Below, one piece after another: positions 49,601 to 61,384 of a stretch of 64,000 nt of DNA (the first letter of the stretch is position 1; the number at the start of each line of letters is the position of its first letter). Source of the DNA: Convolutriloba macropyga (Eukaryota); contig NC_134472.1 in NCBI RefSeq assembly GCF_964194025.1, forward strand, positions 496,001-560,000. Direction: 5' to 3'. A model generated the notes under the pieces. The model worked only from the letters and a program-made list of their open reading frames with translations, made no database searches and was not told the origin of the DNA. The position numbers were made by a program, and so were the translations under genes.

Positions 49601-52600
49601 TTTGATCCACCTTTTAATTCACTTTTTGTTCCTCTCATTGTTGCTCATGGTCTTGGGGATTAGTTCTCTGCTTAGAACTTTCTTTAGTTCTCATTGCTTC
49701 CGGTAATGGGGGCTAATATTTGAGAATTCAAGGATAATAGGCGTCACAGTATGGTTTTTGGTCTCACTTACTTTTGGTTGATCATTGTTTTAACGATTAG
49801 TTTATTGCAATGAACTTTCCTTTGTTCTCGCTGCTTCTGTAAGATTTACCTTCATTTCTTTTGTATTATACTGGCCGCTGATTGATAACTGTTCTAAAGC
49901 AGCGTGCATTTTCTTAGCTTGTCAAGTTGCACTGAATGTTTTGACCGATACAAGGCGGGCTTGCAGATCTTGGAAAAGTTTCGTATTTCACGGCATTTTG
50001 TTTTGCTTTTTCACAGCCCATCCTAACATTAATGAGCTTATTGATTTATTCCATTAGCTCATTTGGAGCGGCTATTTTGTGATAGCCGTTGTATGTTTAC
50101 GAGTAATTAACCTTTTTCAGCTGGCCTTTTTCAGGAAAATATTTTTATTTGTTGACCTCATACATGCACCTTTTTTTCAAGAATCGCGTCCACAAATTTT
50201 TTGAGGGCATATGGCCGAAAGAAGTTCTTTCACTTTCCAAACTTTGCAGAAGATGGCGCTGGATGAACGATACCATCAGTGGAGAAAATCTCTATTGAAC
50301 CTTTTTTAATTGATCCACCTTTTAATTCACTTGTTGGTCTTCCCATTGTTGCTCATGGTCTTGTGTATTAGTTCTCTGCTTAGAACTTTCTTCAGATCTC
50401 ATTGCTGCAATGTAAAAGAGTTCCAATGTTGATTCGGTTGACCAGCTCCTTTGAAATTTATCAAAGTTTTTAGAAACCGGTTATTCGTTTTTGGAGACAT
50501 AGTTTTGCAATTTCTTGGGATTGCTATGACTTTCAAAAGTTGATGTAAGATTTTCATTTTGCGTTTCTATTGTAGACACATTGTCTTGCTCTGTACAAGT
50601 GAGCGCCTCTACATTTGGTTTGCTGTTCTTAACTTTCAGGGTTTATGAGGTACAATTTGCGAAATATGATTTTAGCGCAGCTTAGCTCAATTATCTGGAT
50701 AACAGAGCAAACACAAACCTTGCTTAAGGTTTATTGCTTGTAACCGAGAAATATTTGCTTAATGTTTGTCTCAGAGTTCGCGACAAATTTAATGTTGTGC
50801 ATAAGTAATGGTGTTCCTTACGGTCACTGAACGCATAAGACAGATCGTTCAAACTGTCATACTTATCTTTTCATATCCGTTTCGAATTTTTGAGAGCAGA
50901 TGGTCCAAGGAAGTTCTCTCGTTTTAAGAACCTTGTGGAAGACAAAGGTGGATCAACCAATCTTCATTAATTCACAAGATAATTTTCTCCTTGTTCCTTC
51001 ATGCCCTCCAAACTAGTGAAGCAGCTATTTTGTGATAACCGTTGCTTTTGTTTACGAGGAACTAACCTTGTGACGCGAGCTGGCATTTTTTCGTTTGTGG
51101 ACCTCATAAATGCAAAGGAAGTTTTTTCATCGTCCAAACCTTGAGGGTGGCTCTGGACCAACGATATGAGCAGTGGAAAAGATATTGCACCAATCTTCAT
51201 TGATCTATCTTTCATTTCCTTTTTGTTCCTCTCATTTTTGCTCATGGTCTTGGGGATCAGTTCTCTGCTTAGAACTTTCTTCAGTTCTCATAGCTGCCGG
51301 TATTAGTGTGCTATTATTTGAGAATTCAAGGATAATAGACGTCACAGGACGGTTGTTGGTCTCACTTACTTTTGGTTAATCATCATGTTAACGATTAGTT
51401 TGTTGCAAAAAACTTTCCTTAGTTCTCGCTGCTTCCATAAAATTTATCTTCAGCTCTTTTTTGTTTTATACTGGCAAAACTTGTTCTCCAATTTTTTTTT
51501 TCGTTTATTGCAGTATTAACTTCTAGGGCATGGTTTTGGCAGTCCTGTGCTCCAACAGAATCTGAGGAACCGCTGTTTTGTTTTTCAGCAGAATTGCGTT
51601 ATGAAATCAGAAGATTGTAGACGAGTTGTTCCTATGTTGACTCGCTTGACCAGCTCCTTTGAAATTTCATCAAAATTTCCATGTTTTTAGAAACCGGTTA
51701 TTTGTTTTTGGAGACATAGTTTTGCGATTTCTCGGGGTTGCTATGACTTTCAAAAGATGATGTAAGGTTTTCATTTTGCGTTTCTATTGTAGACACATTA
51801 TCTTGCTCTGTGCAAGTTAGCGCCTCTACATTTCGTTTGCTGTTCTTAACTTTCCAGGGATTATGAATTAGTTTGAACAATATACTTTTAGCGCAGCTTA
51901 GCTCACTAATCTGGATAACAGAGCAAGCACAAACATTGCATAAGGCTTATTCCTTGTTGTAACCGAAAAATATTTGCTTAAAGTTTGTGACAAATTTACT
52001 GTTGTGCGATCCCTGAACGCATGACAGATCGTTCAAACTGTCATACTTATCTTTTCGTATGCGTTTCGAATTTTTGAGAGTAGATGGTCCAAGGAAGTTC
52101 TCGTTTTTGGAAACTTGTGGAAGATCAACCTTGTGAAAGACGTGGATCAACCTTATCAACAATTGATTAGCTCTTTATTACACCAATCTCCATTCATCCA
52201 CGAGATAATTTTTCGTTGTTCCTTCTTGCCTTCCAAACTACCGCAATACTTTCGCACTCGTTTTATTCGCATTCTTGAGTGAGGGTCTCGGGGTAGCAAT
52301 GTCCGCGGTAGCCTCTGAACTATTAGATTGTAGATTAATCTTTGTACTAATATCAGCAATAAGGTTTTCGGTAAGTGTTGAATATAGAGAGGAAACTAAA
52401 CGTCCTACTCCTAGAGTTTTCTAAATTGACAGTAGTCAGGACCGTCGTTAGCTGCATCGTTGAGTTGAGTTCATTGAAAACATGCAAAATTAACCTTTTT
52501 TTGCTTGCTATTCAGGTAAATTTTATCGAAGAGTCTGCAGATACATAGTTGTTGATGTTTTACATAATTTTTGGTTGATGACTAGAATAATGAGGGTAAA

Positions 52601-54700
52601 ATTCAGGTGCCGGTAATACCACGGCCCGTTTCAGAGCTTTGGTTGACTATAATTTCGTTTTGCAAGAATTCAAAGCACTACTATGAGATCATCGCTTTGT
52701 TGAAACATTATTCCGCCGAGTCAACGCTGAGTATTGAATGTTACATAAACTACTGAACTGGGTCACGACTGGGATAGCAGCTTGCGCCGTTGATTGTTAA
52801 CTGTTTAAAAGCAGCGTGCAGTTTTTAGCTTGTCAAGATCCACTGCATATTTTGGCTGATACAAAGCACGCTTGCTAGCGGCAATTTTTTCAAAACCGTT
52901 GTAATTGTTTACGAGGAACTAATCTTTTGCGATTGGAGCTGGCATTTTTGAAGAAAGTGAACCTCTTCAAAAAGTGCAGGTTGTTGAAGGAAATTCTTTC
53001 ACTTTCGAAACTCGGACATAGATGTGTCTGGGTCGACAGTGGAAAAGATCTTTATTGCCCCAATCTTCATTAATTAATTTACCAGAATAATTTTTCGTCG
53101 TTCCTTCATGCCTTTCACACTAGAGCAATGGTTTTCAACTGGTTTTATGTGCATTGTTGACTGAGATGCTTGGGGCTGCAATGTCATTATAAGACCGTGA
53201 AGTTTTTCGTTGTATACTTTTCACGCTGTTAGTAGCTGCTATATGATTTTCAGTTACGGTTTTGAACGTAGAAAGGAATATAAACTTCTTACTCTTTTAT
53301 TTCCTTTTCTTTTATTTTCGTTTATTTTCTTTTCAAATTGACAATAGTCAGGATCGTCATTGGCTTCTACCTTGCTCTTTACTATTACACATTTTCCTGT
53401 TCGTTTAAGTTTTGACTTGGTCTTTTCTTTGTCAATCAGCTGTTGAGATCAATTTAGAACTTGCTAAATTTCGGAAAAGATCAATCACGTATTGGCGGCA
53501 CTTGGCAACTGTTCTATTATTCGTCTGAAGATCACAATTTTATCGTGTGCGTCCATCAAATGGTCCCCTATGTTTTTCACTTTACCACCTGGTATGATCA
53601 TTGTTTCACATTTTTAGTTCGATAAGCTTGAAGACGAATGGATTTTAGAAATAAGTCTGTTGGAAAAAAAATCCTAAAAGAATATATGACTCGTAGTGAG
53701 AAATCACCATCCAACAAATCGAAAAAAAGCATTTAAATGGCCTGAACATTCTTCTCCTTGGAATCATTCAAAATCTTTTTTCGCTTCACTGAATTTTAAC
53801 GGTAACTGACAAGCGCGTGGTTGCCTGCTCTTAAAGTTCAGGTAGAAATTTTGGTTGGCTTCAAGTTTTGTGTCTTTTTGATAGTTGTCGCTGGAACTTT
53901 GTTGCTCTCGTTTAACTTTGGTTGCTCGTTCTTTTTGATGATTAGTTTGCTGTGTAGAACAGTCGTCAGGTCTGAGATGCTTGTATTCGTGTGTTTGAAG
54001 TTGAGTCAGAGTTGATCAGTTCTCTGCGTAGAACCTTCTTTGGGTCTCATAGCTGCCGCTATTGGGGTGCTAGTATATGGGGAGTCAGAATTATTACATG
54101 TCACTGAACCATTGATACTCCACCTACTTCTGGTTGCTCATTGGCTTGGTGATGAGTTTGCTGCGTAGAACTTTCTTCAAGTCTCACTGTCTTGTGCTAG
54201 ACATTTGAGGAGTCAAGGTTAATGGATTGTTGGTCTTACAGGACAATTGATTTTAAATGACTAGTTTGTTGTAAAATTTGCTTAGTTCCCGCTGCTTCCA
54301 AAAGTTTTACGGTCAGCTCTTTCTGCCTTATACTGCCTAAACTTGTCCTCCAATTTTTGCCGACGTAACTTTTTGCTCTTAGTTTGTTTTCTTTTCAAAT
54401 TGACAATAGTCAGGATTGTCATTGGCTGCAAGCTTGCTATTCACTAAGAGACCTTTGGCTGCTGGTTTCAGTTTTGACTTTCACTTTCCTATGCCAATCA
54501 GCCGTTCAGGTCCTTTTAGAATTCGCTCAATTTTGAAAGGATCAATTACGTACTGGCGGCATTATGCCAACTATGCTTTTGTTATCTCTGCTCTGAAGCT
54601 CACAATTCGGTTCTGTGCGTTCATCAGATGATCTTCTGGGTTATTTACTTGACCAACTGGTTTGATGTTGTTTTATTATTTTATTCGATAACCTTGAAGA
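46700..54700. repeat. Array of diverged 1.2-2.2-kb tandem/mosaic repeats in RPN1 intron 3
   Basis: The anchor tttag(c/t)gcagc(t/g)tagctca..aacagagcaa recurs at ~46795, 48505, 50670 and 51885. 47705-48420 is nearly identical to 49876-50600. More diverged copies extend to ~54700. Confidence 0.88.
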
Positions 54701-55503
54701 AGAATGGACTTAAAAAATCAATCTTTTGCAAAAACAAAATTCCGCAAACAAATATAGGGTTTGTAGTGAGAAGCCATTGGAAGAAGACCTATTTTAGAAA
54801 AGAAAAACAACCAATTCTAACTATGAATTCGTCAAAATAGGGTCTCCAGTTTTTTATACCCAATTCAGTTGTCTCCAAATACCTCGAAAACATTGGAAAT
54901 ACTAATGCAGCGTCATAAAAGGTATTTTCTTTTCTATCTTCTGAGAAGGATTCAAATAAGGTATTTATTTTCGAGCAATAAAACCCCATAGAAGCCCAAA
55001 TTTTTGACTAGCTTAACTCTTTGGAGTTCTAGTACAAATCACAGTTTATATAGTTGGTACAACTGCGTGGATCACAAAAAAACACTAAAAAAGATTATTC
55101 TCTTGTATCTCTTGTATCAGTATATTGAAAAATAGCTGTCGTTTTCGAGAAGTTTTTTACATGAGGAACTGTTTGTTTTTGAGGAACGTTATGAAGAGCT
55201 TTACCGATGACAACTAACATGTCAATGATTGGGTGTTTTGTTTTGTTGCACGTATATTTAACCGCATGGTTATAATTTTAATTTAATTGTTGCGAAAGTT
55301 AATTTACAAGAAATACTGGCAAATTTCTACTCAACTTCTTGGTCAACACTATAGGCTGTGGGCACTTTTGCCATTTTAGTCTGTTGCAGCGTGGTAAAAC
55401 ATCAGTTCGGTCTCAGTTTTCTCCGCAAAATACGACAGTTTCGTAAAGTTTTCGACTTCAGTATGATGAAATAATGAGGTATCAAAAAGTGTTGTACTTC
55501 CAG

Positions 55504-55686
55504 GTGAATGAGCTGCAGCGTTTGCACAATGTGTATTTCTCACATGTGGGGGAGGTAGTCACTAATGGGGTGAAGGTGGTAAACCAGACTGTGACTCACG
55601 AGGCATTCAAGCGACAGGAGGAGACTCTGGATCAGAAGAAACAGGAGACCAGGAACAAGATCAACAACCTCCTCGCCAAGCTCTGA
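55504..55686 (+). CDS. RPN1: Ribophorin I, last coding exon
   Basis: Acceptor ttccag at 55503. Encodes VNELQRL..LDQKKQETRNKINNLLAKL*. The spliced CDS totals 1806 nt (601 aa) with consistent phases. Confidence 0.88.
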   Translation: MNELQRLHNVYFSHVGEVVTNGVKVVNQTVTHEAFKRQEETLDQKKQETRNKINNLLAKL

Positions 55687-56797
55687 ACAATCAACTTCCC
55701 CGTGAACATTCAACTTTCCCCCTCACTTTTCCGTTGTGTGTGAACTAAATGATCACTTATAGCCATGTCTCCAAAAGCGAACTACATTGAAACAAATTTC
55801 ATTGATCTGCATCCATGTTCGCTGTTCAACTGATATCACTGACCTCAATTTAAAACCTAGATCACTTTTGACTTTGCCCTGGCTGCTGTCTGACCCATCA
55901 ATCCCCCTTCCTTATCCTTAGGCTGCTCCTCATTATCTCCATTTGATTTTCCGTGAGGTTTGTTCATCATAAGTGTATCATCCTTCATAATATGCGCCTT
56001 TGGCTGTCGTGGGGAAAGTATAACACGCTAACTACTCATTCTTGTTCGGATGTGAAAACCTTGATTTTGATTTGACTGCAAGTTGATGGTGGCCTTGATA
56101 TATTATTGAGTTAAATGTGTTATGAATATTTAAAAATGCTCTTCTGTGTACATTTGCATTTACTCCTTTTATTATAATATGGTGTTTGGGAAAAGAAAAG
56201 ACATGATATAAATAAACAACTGTGTTGTTCCTCTCCATTCACTCTGCTTCGTATCATCGTGTGATGTTCGTGTTGACCTAATAGCAATTGTTCTTCTTCA
56301 AAGTACAGTCGCTTCTCAACCAAATTGTTTGTCTCGAAATCATCATCTTTAATTGAACAATCAGCGCATCATTCGTCTGAGAATCGGTTGTTGATGCGCT
56401 GTATTTGAAAAATAATGTTCTCGCTTAACCATTGTTGAGTGATTAAATTGCTGTATAATAAATATATCAAAAATGACCTGTAAAATGTCCTTATGGCTCC
56501 ATGTATAACGTTGTATTGTACTTATCTTGAGTTGAGAAGTTTTTAATGGCACATTGTTTTTATCAATTCGATTGAACAAAAATCCAATTAAGAAATTGTT
56601 GAGCTGAGCTAGTAAATGACTAGCAAATATAAGCTGGTAGCTGCGAGGTTAGGTAGCATAGGTCAGCGTACAAGGTAATTCGGCAACATCGGATTTTGAG
56701 AGACTATGGTAGACGAATAGTAAAATTTGAGGTGGTCTACCGAACAAAAAATGGCTCCCTTCACGGAGTAGTCTCGAACCCAATCATGAGAGCATTT

Positions 56798-57620
56798 ATT
56801 GTTCCGACCCCTCTTGGGGGGGGGGGGAGGGGAGAGGAGGAGGAGGAACTATATACTCAAATGGGTTTTATGTTCAATCAATTTTGACCGATCGATATAT
56901 TCATCGTAGAAAGTTGTGAGTGGTATCATTGAAAAGCCCGTCCAGCGTAGAATATAGAATTAAAAAGATTTTTTTGGTTTTTGCTGTTTACAGGGAGTTA
57001 TCCAGCTTTAAAAATTTTGTGAATAGGAGACGATATTCCGTTGTTTTTATTCACATTTTCCGTATTTTTGACCAAATTTCCGTGAATTTTGCTAAAATAT
57101 GTTAAAATGGTTACCGGTAGCGGGATCAATTTTATCTTTAAAGATGGAGAACGTTTTTTTGAAGGTCGTTTTCTAGAGCGAGTTGTCGTGGTTTAAATTT
57201 TTTTTTTCATATTAGACAGATTTGCGTTATTTTGATTCACATTTTCAGGAATTTTTGCCTAAATTGGAGTAGTAATTTTAGTCACGCCGAAACAGGAAGT
57301 GCAGCGAAAAAGCGAGTGGTTTTGCGGCTTGAAATTCTTGTTCCGATCCCTCTTGAGGGGGGGAGGAACTATATATTCAAATGGGTTTATTGTTCAATCA
57401 ATTTTGAGCGATCGATATATCGTAGAGAGTTCTGAGTGGTATCAATAAAAAACCCATCCAGGTTAGAATATGGAATTGAAAGGATTTTTTAAAATTTCGT
57501 TTTCCAGAGCGAGTTATCGATGTTTAAATTTTTGTGAATAATGAGACTGATTTGCGTTATTGTCCTTCGCATTTTCCGGAAGTTTTTCGTAAATTTCGCT
57601 AAAATATGTTAAAATTGTTA
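56798..57620. repeat. Diverged direct duplication with ~540-bp period
   Basis: ttgttccga.ccctcttg..ggaggaactatata..caaatgggttt occurs at ~56799 and ~57339 and stays colinear to gctaaaatatgttaaaat at ~57091 and ~57598. Confidence 0.8.
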
Positions 57621-60454
57621 ACAATAGTGTTGTTGATTTGATTTTCAAAGACAAAATTTAGTTTTGACTATTTTGATTTATTTTTTGGCTAAAATTTTGG
57701 CTAAATTTTTTATGTTGACAAACAATCATTGTTGATTATTCTGGTTTATTTTTTCGGTCAAAAACTCGGGATAAGTATTTCCAAATTCAGCCTTTTTCAT
57801 CAAAAATTGCACGAAATAAGCTTCTTTGGTCCACTTGATTAAATTTGCCGGAAATACACAGCCAAAAACCACTACCTCAATCTTTGGAAACGCCAAGGGC
57901 GGCTAGTCCTACCTCCACTTCCATTGAGAGTGCGCGGGACTTAAAATTTGCCTTTTTGTAAACTTTTCTTGATGATTATCAAAAACGCAGCATTTATTTT
58001 TGATGTTTTAAACTAACCAATCATCTGACATTAGAAATAATTAGGTGTTCTTAGTGGACGAACAACAATAGCAAGGCTGGTTTTGGTCCAATCTTGGACC
58101 GTTACAATCCAAAAATTCGGATTGAAATCAGTCGGTCTTTTTTTAAAAAAAGTTCGCTCTTTAAAAAAGAGAACAATTCAAATCATAGCCAACTGGTGAT
58201 AGGTCCCATTGACTTCCTAAACAGTTGCAAATTTTTATATCTAATTTTTACTCGAAAGCTTGTGGTCGTTTCGACTTTTAAAATTATTTAATTTTTAAAT
58301 AAACAATTGCTTTTTGAACTTTGCCACCATTGTTCTCTTAATTTGGTCAACTTGTAGCTTAGTGTTAGCAAAGAAAGAAAGCTTATTCTTTTTACGGAAT
58401 TAAAATTTTGATCTTTACTGTGGTTTTTGCGTTAAGTCATGGTTTTCTGGGTTTGATACTGCCAGATATCAAAAAATTTTGACTTTCAGTCTTTTGCCCA
58501 TTTTTCACGCCGTTTTCTTTTTTTTTCACTTTGTTTCCTTATTGACAGTTCATGTAACACATTACTGGCGTTCAAAATAAGGCACTATTAAACAAATCAC
58601 AATCTTTGAAGCTACAGATTATGGTTTTAACGGCTTCGACACCACTTTCTCGAAGAATTTATTTGAGTATTTTTTCTTGTCATTTCTGGAGAGTGACAGG
58701 TCTCACTGGCTTTTGTGGATTAGATGAGCCTATATTCTGATTTGAGTAGATGGCGGATGGCTTTCATAACTTCGAAAACATTTGTTTAAAAAATTTTTAT
58801 TTTCGCATTTTTGTTCTTTTTCGTGTGTTTTTGTTACCTAGTCTCATCAAATACATATCACATGACATTATTGCTGTCTAGAGAAGCAAAAGTGTACAAT
58901 ATCTGATGTTTTTAAAGATTTCGTTATGACTTTACTGGCTTCGAAACGGGTTTTTCGAAAAAAAAGTGTATTAATTTTTGATTTGTTATTTGACATTCTT
59001 TTGTAAACGTAAGACTTATTCTGAATAATTACAGGTCTCAGTGGCTTCCTTTGGAGGAATAAATGAACCTATGTAATTATTTCATTTTGTAGCTAATGAC
59101 TTTCATGACTTCGGAAATAATTGCTTTCCAATTGACTTTTTTTGTCATTTTTCAACTTGTCTCATTAATGAGAGGTCACATACCACATTATTGGCTTTCG
59201 AAGAAGGTGGAACCGAACATATTTCGAGGGGCAGAATATGGCTGTACTGCTTCGACAGCGTTTTCTCACACGTTTCAATTGAATTTTTGTTTTTGTCTAT
59301 TTTTTGTTCTTTTTGTAACCGAAAAAGAAATGAATAAAGACAGGTCCCAATGCCCACCTATATAGGCATCGGTGATAATTAAACATTTGGATAATTTCAG
59401 TTGATATCGAATGGTTTTCATTACTTTGAAATTAATTGTTTTTAAAAATATAACGAATTTATTAACTTTGCTGTTTTTGTTCTTTTTTGTCTAATTGTAA
59501 CCGAGCCTTATTGTGGACTGGTCTCATATCTTTTCTAGTAAATTTAGTAAAGTTATTTTGCTCACTTTCTGTTTTATCTGACACCATTTTGACTTTGTTA
59601 TTAAGTTTTTGTTTAAAAATGGACAAATTTTGGATGTAATTATTGTTTGTTGTTGTTGTTTGGTTTTGTTGTTCGTCTTGCCTCGCTTTGTTAATAGTGA
59701 CAGAACTCATCAATCTAATGCGGCATCTTTTACTCCACTGAAGTATTTGCATTGGAGGCGATATTTTTGTTCATACACCAATTTTTTGAAAATTACTTCA
59801 GTTTTGGGGGGTTTCTATCTGTTACTCATTTGGTAGACAATTATGCCAAAAATGTGGATGAGCGGGGTCGGAACTTTATGTGCAAACGCATCTTACCGAG
59901 CCTCCTTGTATACCTTTAGTTATTTCTAATAGTTATTTAGCCTAAGCCACTGTACTACAGCAGCTTCTTCTTCCCACGTTTTACGCAGTCATATAGGAAA
60001 TCTGATCAAGATTAGTTCATACGAAGTTTGTTTGTTAGCGCATTATTTACTTCTTTATTTGCTTTTTTGACATATCGCAAATTGACCAGTTTGTTTTATG
60101 TCGGCTTTGCTTCTTTGTCGAAGTAGGTTCGAGACTGTGTTGGGAGGGCCGCAAATTGTACTACTTAAAGGCCAAAAATGTTCTGTAAAGGTCAAAGATG
60201 GTATCCACCAAGATGGAAAGTTGATTTTATCGCAACCAGGAGTATTATGGTTGCGTTCGCTTTTCAAATTTGTGTGTCAATTTGATTATCTCCAAGTTGA
60301 AACCCTTTTTTAAATTTCATTTCTATAAAAACCAAGAGAAAAGTGGTTCAAAACAAATTATTTAGTCTTTCTTTATTTCAGATTCGAGTGAACTAGTGGA
60401 GGCTTGATAAAGCTGTATGAAATTGATATTCAATCCTGCGACTAATTGACAATA

Positions 60455-60692
60455 ATGTCTGCTCCTACTGAATTGTCATGTGCAGTTTCTGGAATCATGA
60501 GTGTGGTAGTGTTCGCAGCCATGCAAGTCCTCCAGGATACATTCAAGTCATCTGAATTGGGCACAATTGCTGGTGGACTCATCGGTTCCATTCTCTTCCT
60601 GCTCTTGTTGACCTTCATCAACAATTTTGAGAACCTAGTGTTAGATAAAGGCTTCGCGTCTTCCCTCATCCCAGAAGTGTTGATCGCTCTCG
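60455..60692 (+). CDS. KRTCAP2: Keratinocyte-associated protein 2 (KCP2, OST-A accessory subunit), first coding exon; remaining exon(s) not found in the window
   Basis: MSAPTELSCAVSGIMSVVVFAAMQ..SSELGTIAGGLIGSILFLLLLTFINNFENLVLDKGFASSLIPEV matches the KRTCAP2 pattern (FAGMQ..TIxGG..FNNLENLVFGKGF..PE). Strong donor G|GTAAGT at 60693. Confidence 0.9.
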
Positions 60693-61384
60693 GTAAGTTG
60701 ACTGTATTGTTGCGCTCAAAATCCAAAACATCTCATTTGTCGTTGTATGGAGGGGAAAGTCAAACTTTTGGCGTTCATTTTTATAGTTTTCCACATTTTT
60801 TGGAAAAGTGTTCAGTTTTTCGTCAAAAAAGCTTTAAGCTCTAGTGTAATTAAATCTATGACATCACTACAAACTGTGTACATTGTGCGTGTGTGTTGTA
60901 AGGATTCGAGCTAACTACTTGATCAATAAAAAAATTCGGTAAAGAGTCGTTTTGGAGTGGATTTTTGGATGTTAATGTTGCATCTTAAAAGCACGAGTTG
61001 TTAAAAATTTAACTTGCTGCTCATGTAGAGCGAGAAAGCGGTGTTTTTACAAGCTTTCAATTTTTAGGGAATTGTTTGATGTGCGGCATTTTTTCTTTTT
61101 TCATTGCTTTTTCTTTTGATATTTTTCAAAATGCTGTTTAAAGCCGATAAGTATGCTCAATTGTTTGATAGTTGCTTTTCTTTTGATCTCCGTAATGGTG
61201 AGCTTGAAGTTCATTTGAATTTGACACTGTTCGTTCGTGTCTTCATTTCAGTAGTTCTTTTTATTCATAGCTGCGATAAGTGCTGCCGCTGCTCAAGAAT
61301 CTCAGCTGAACCAGTCTTCGCAGCCTAGTTCTCGACCTTTTCGCCGGTCGTGTTCCTCCGGTTTTACGCCGGTTAATAGCCACA

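Noticed and set aside
60693-60844. C-terminal extension of the KRTCAP2 ORF (KLTVLLRSKS...)
   Set aside because: It is intron read-through past a consensus GTAAGT donor, and homology stops at that point.
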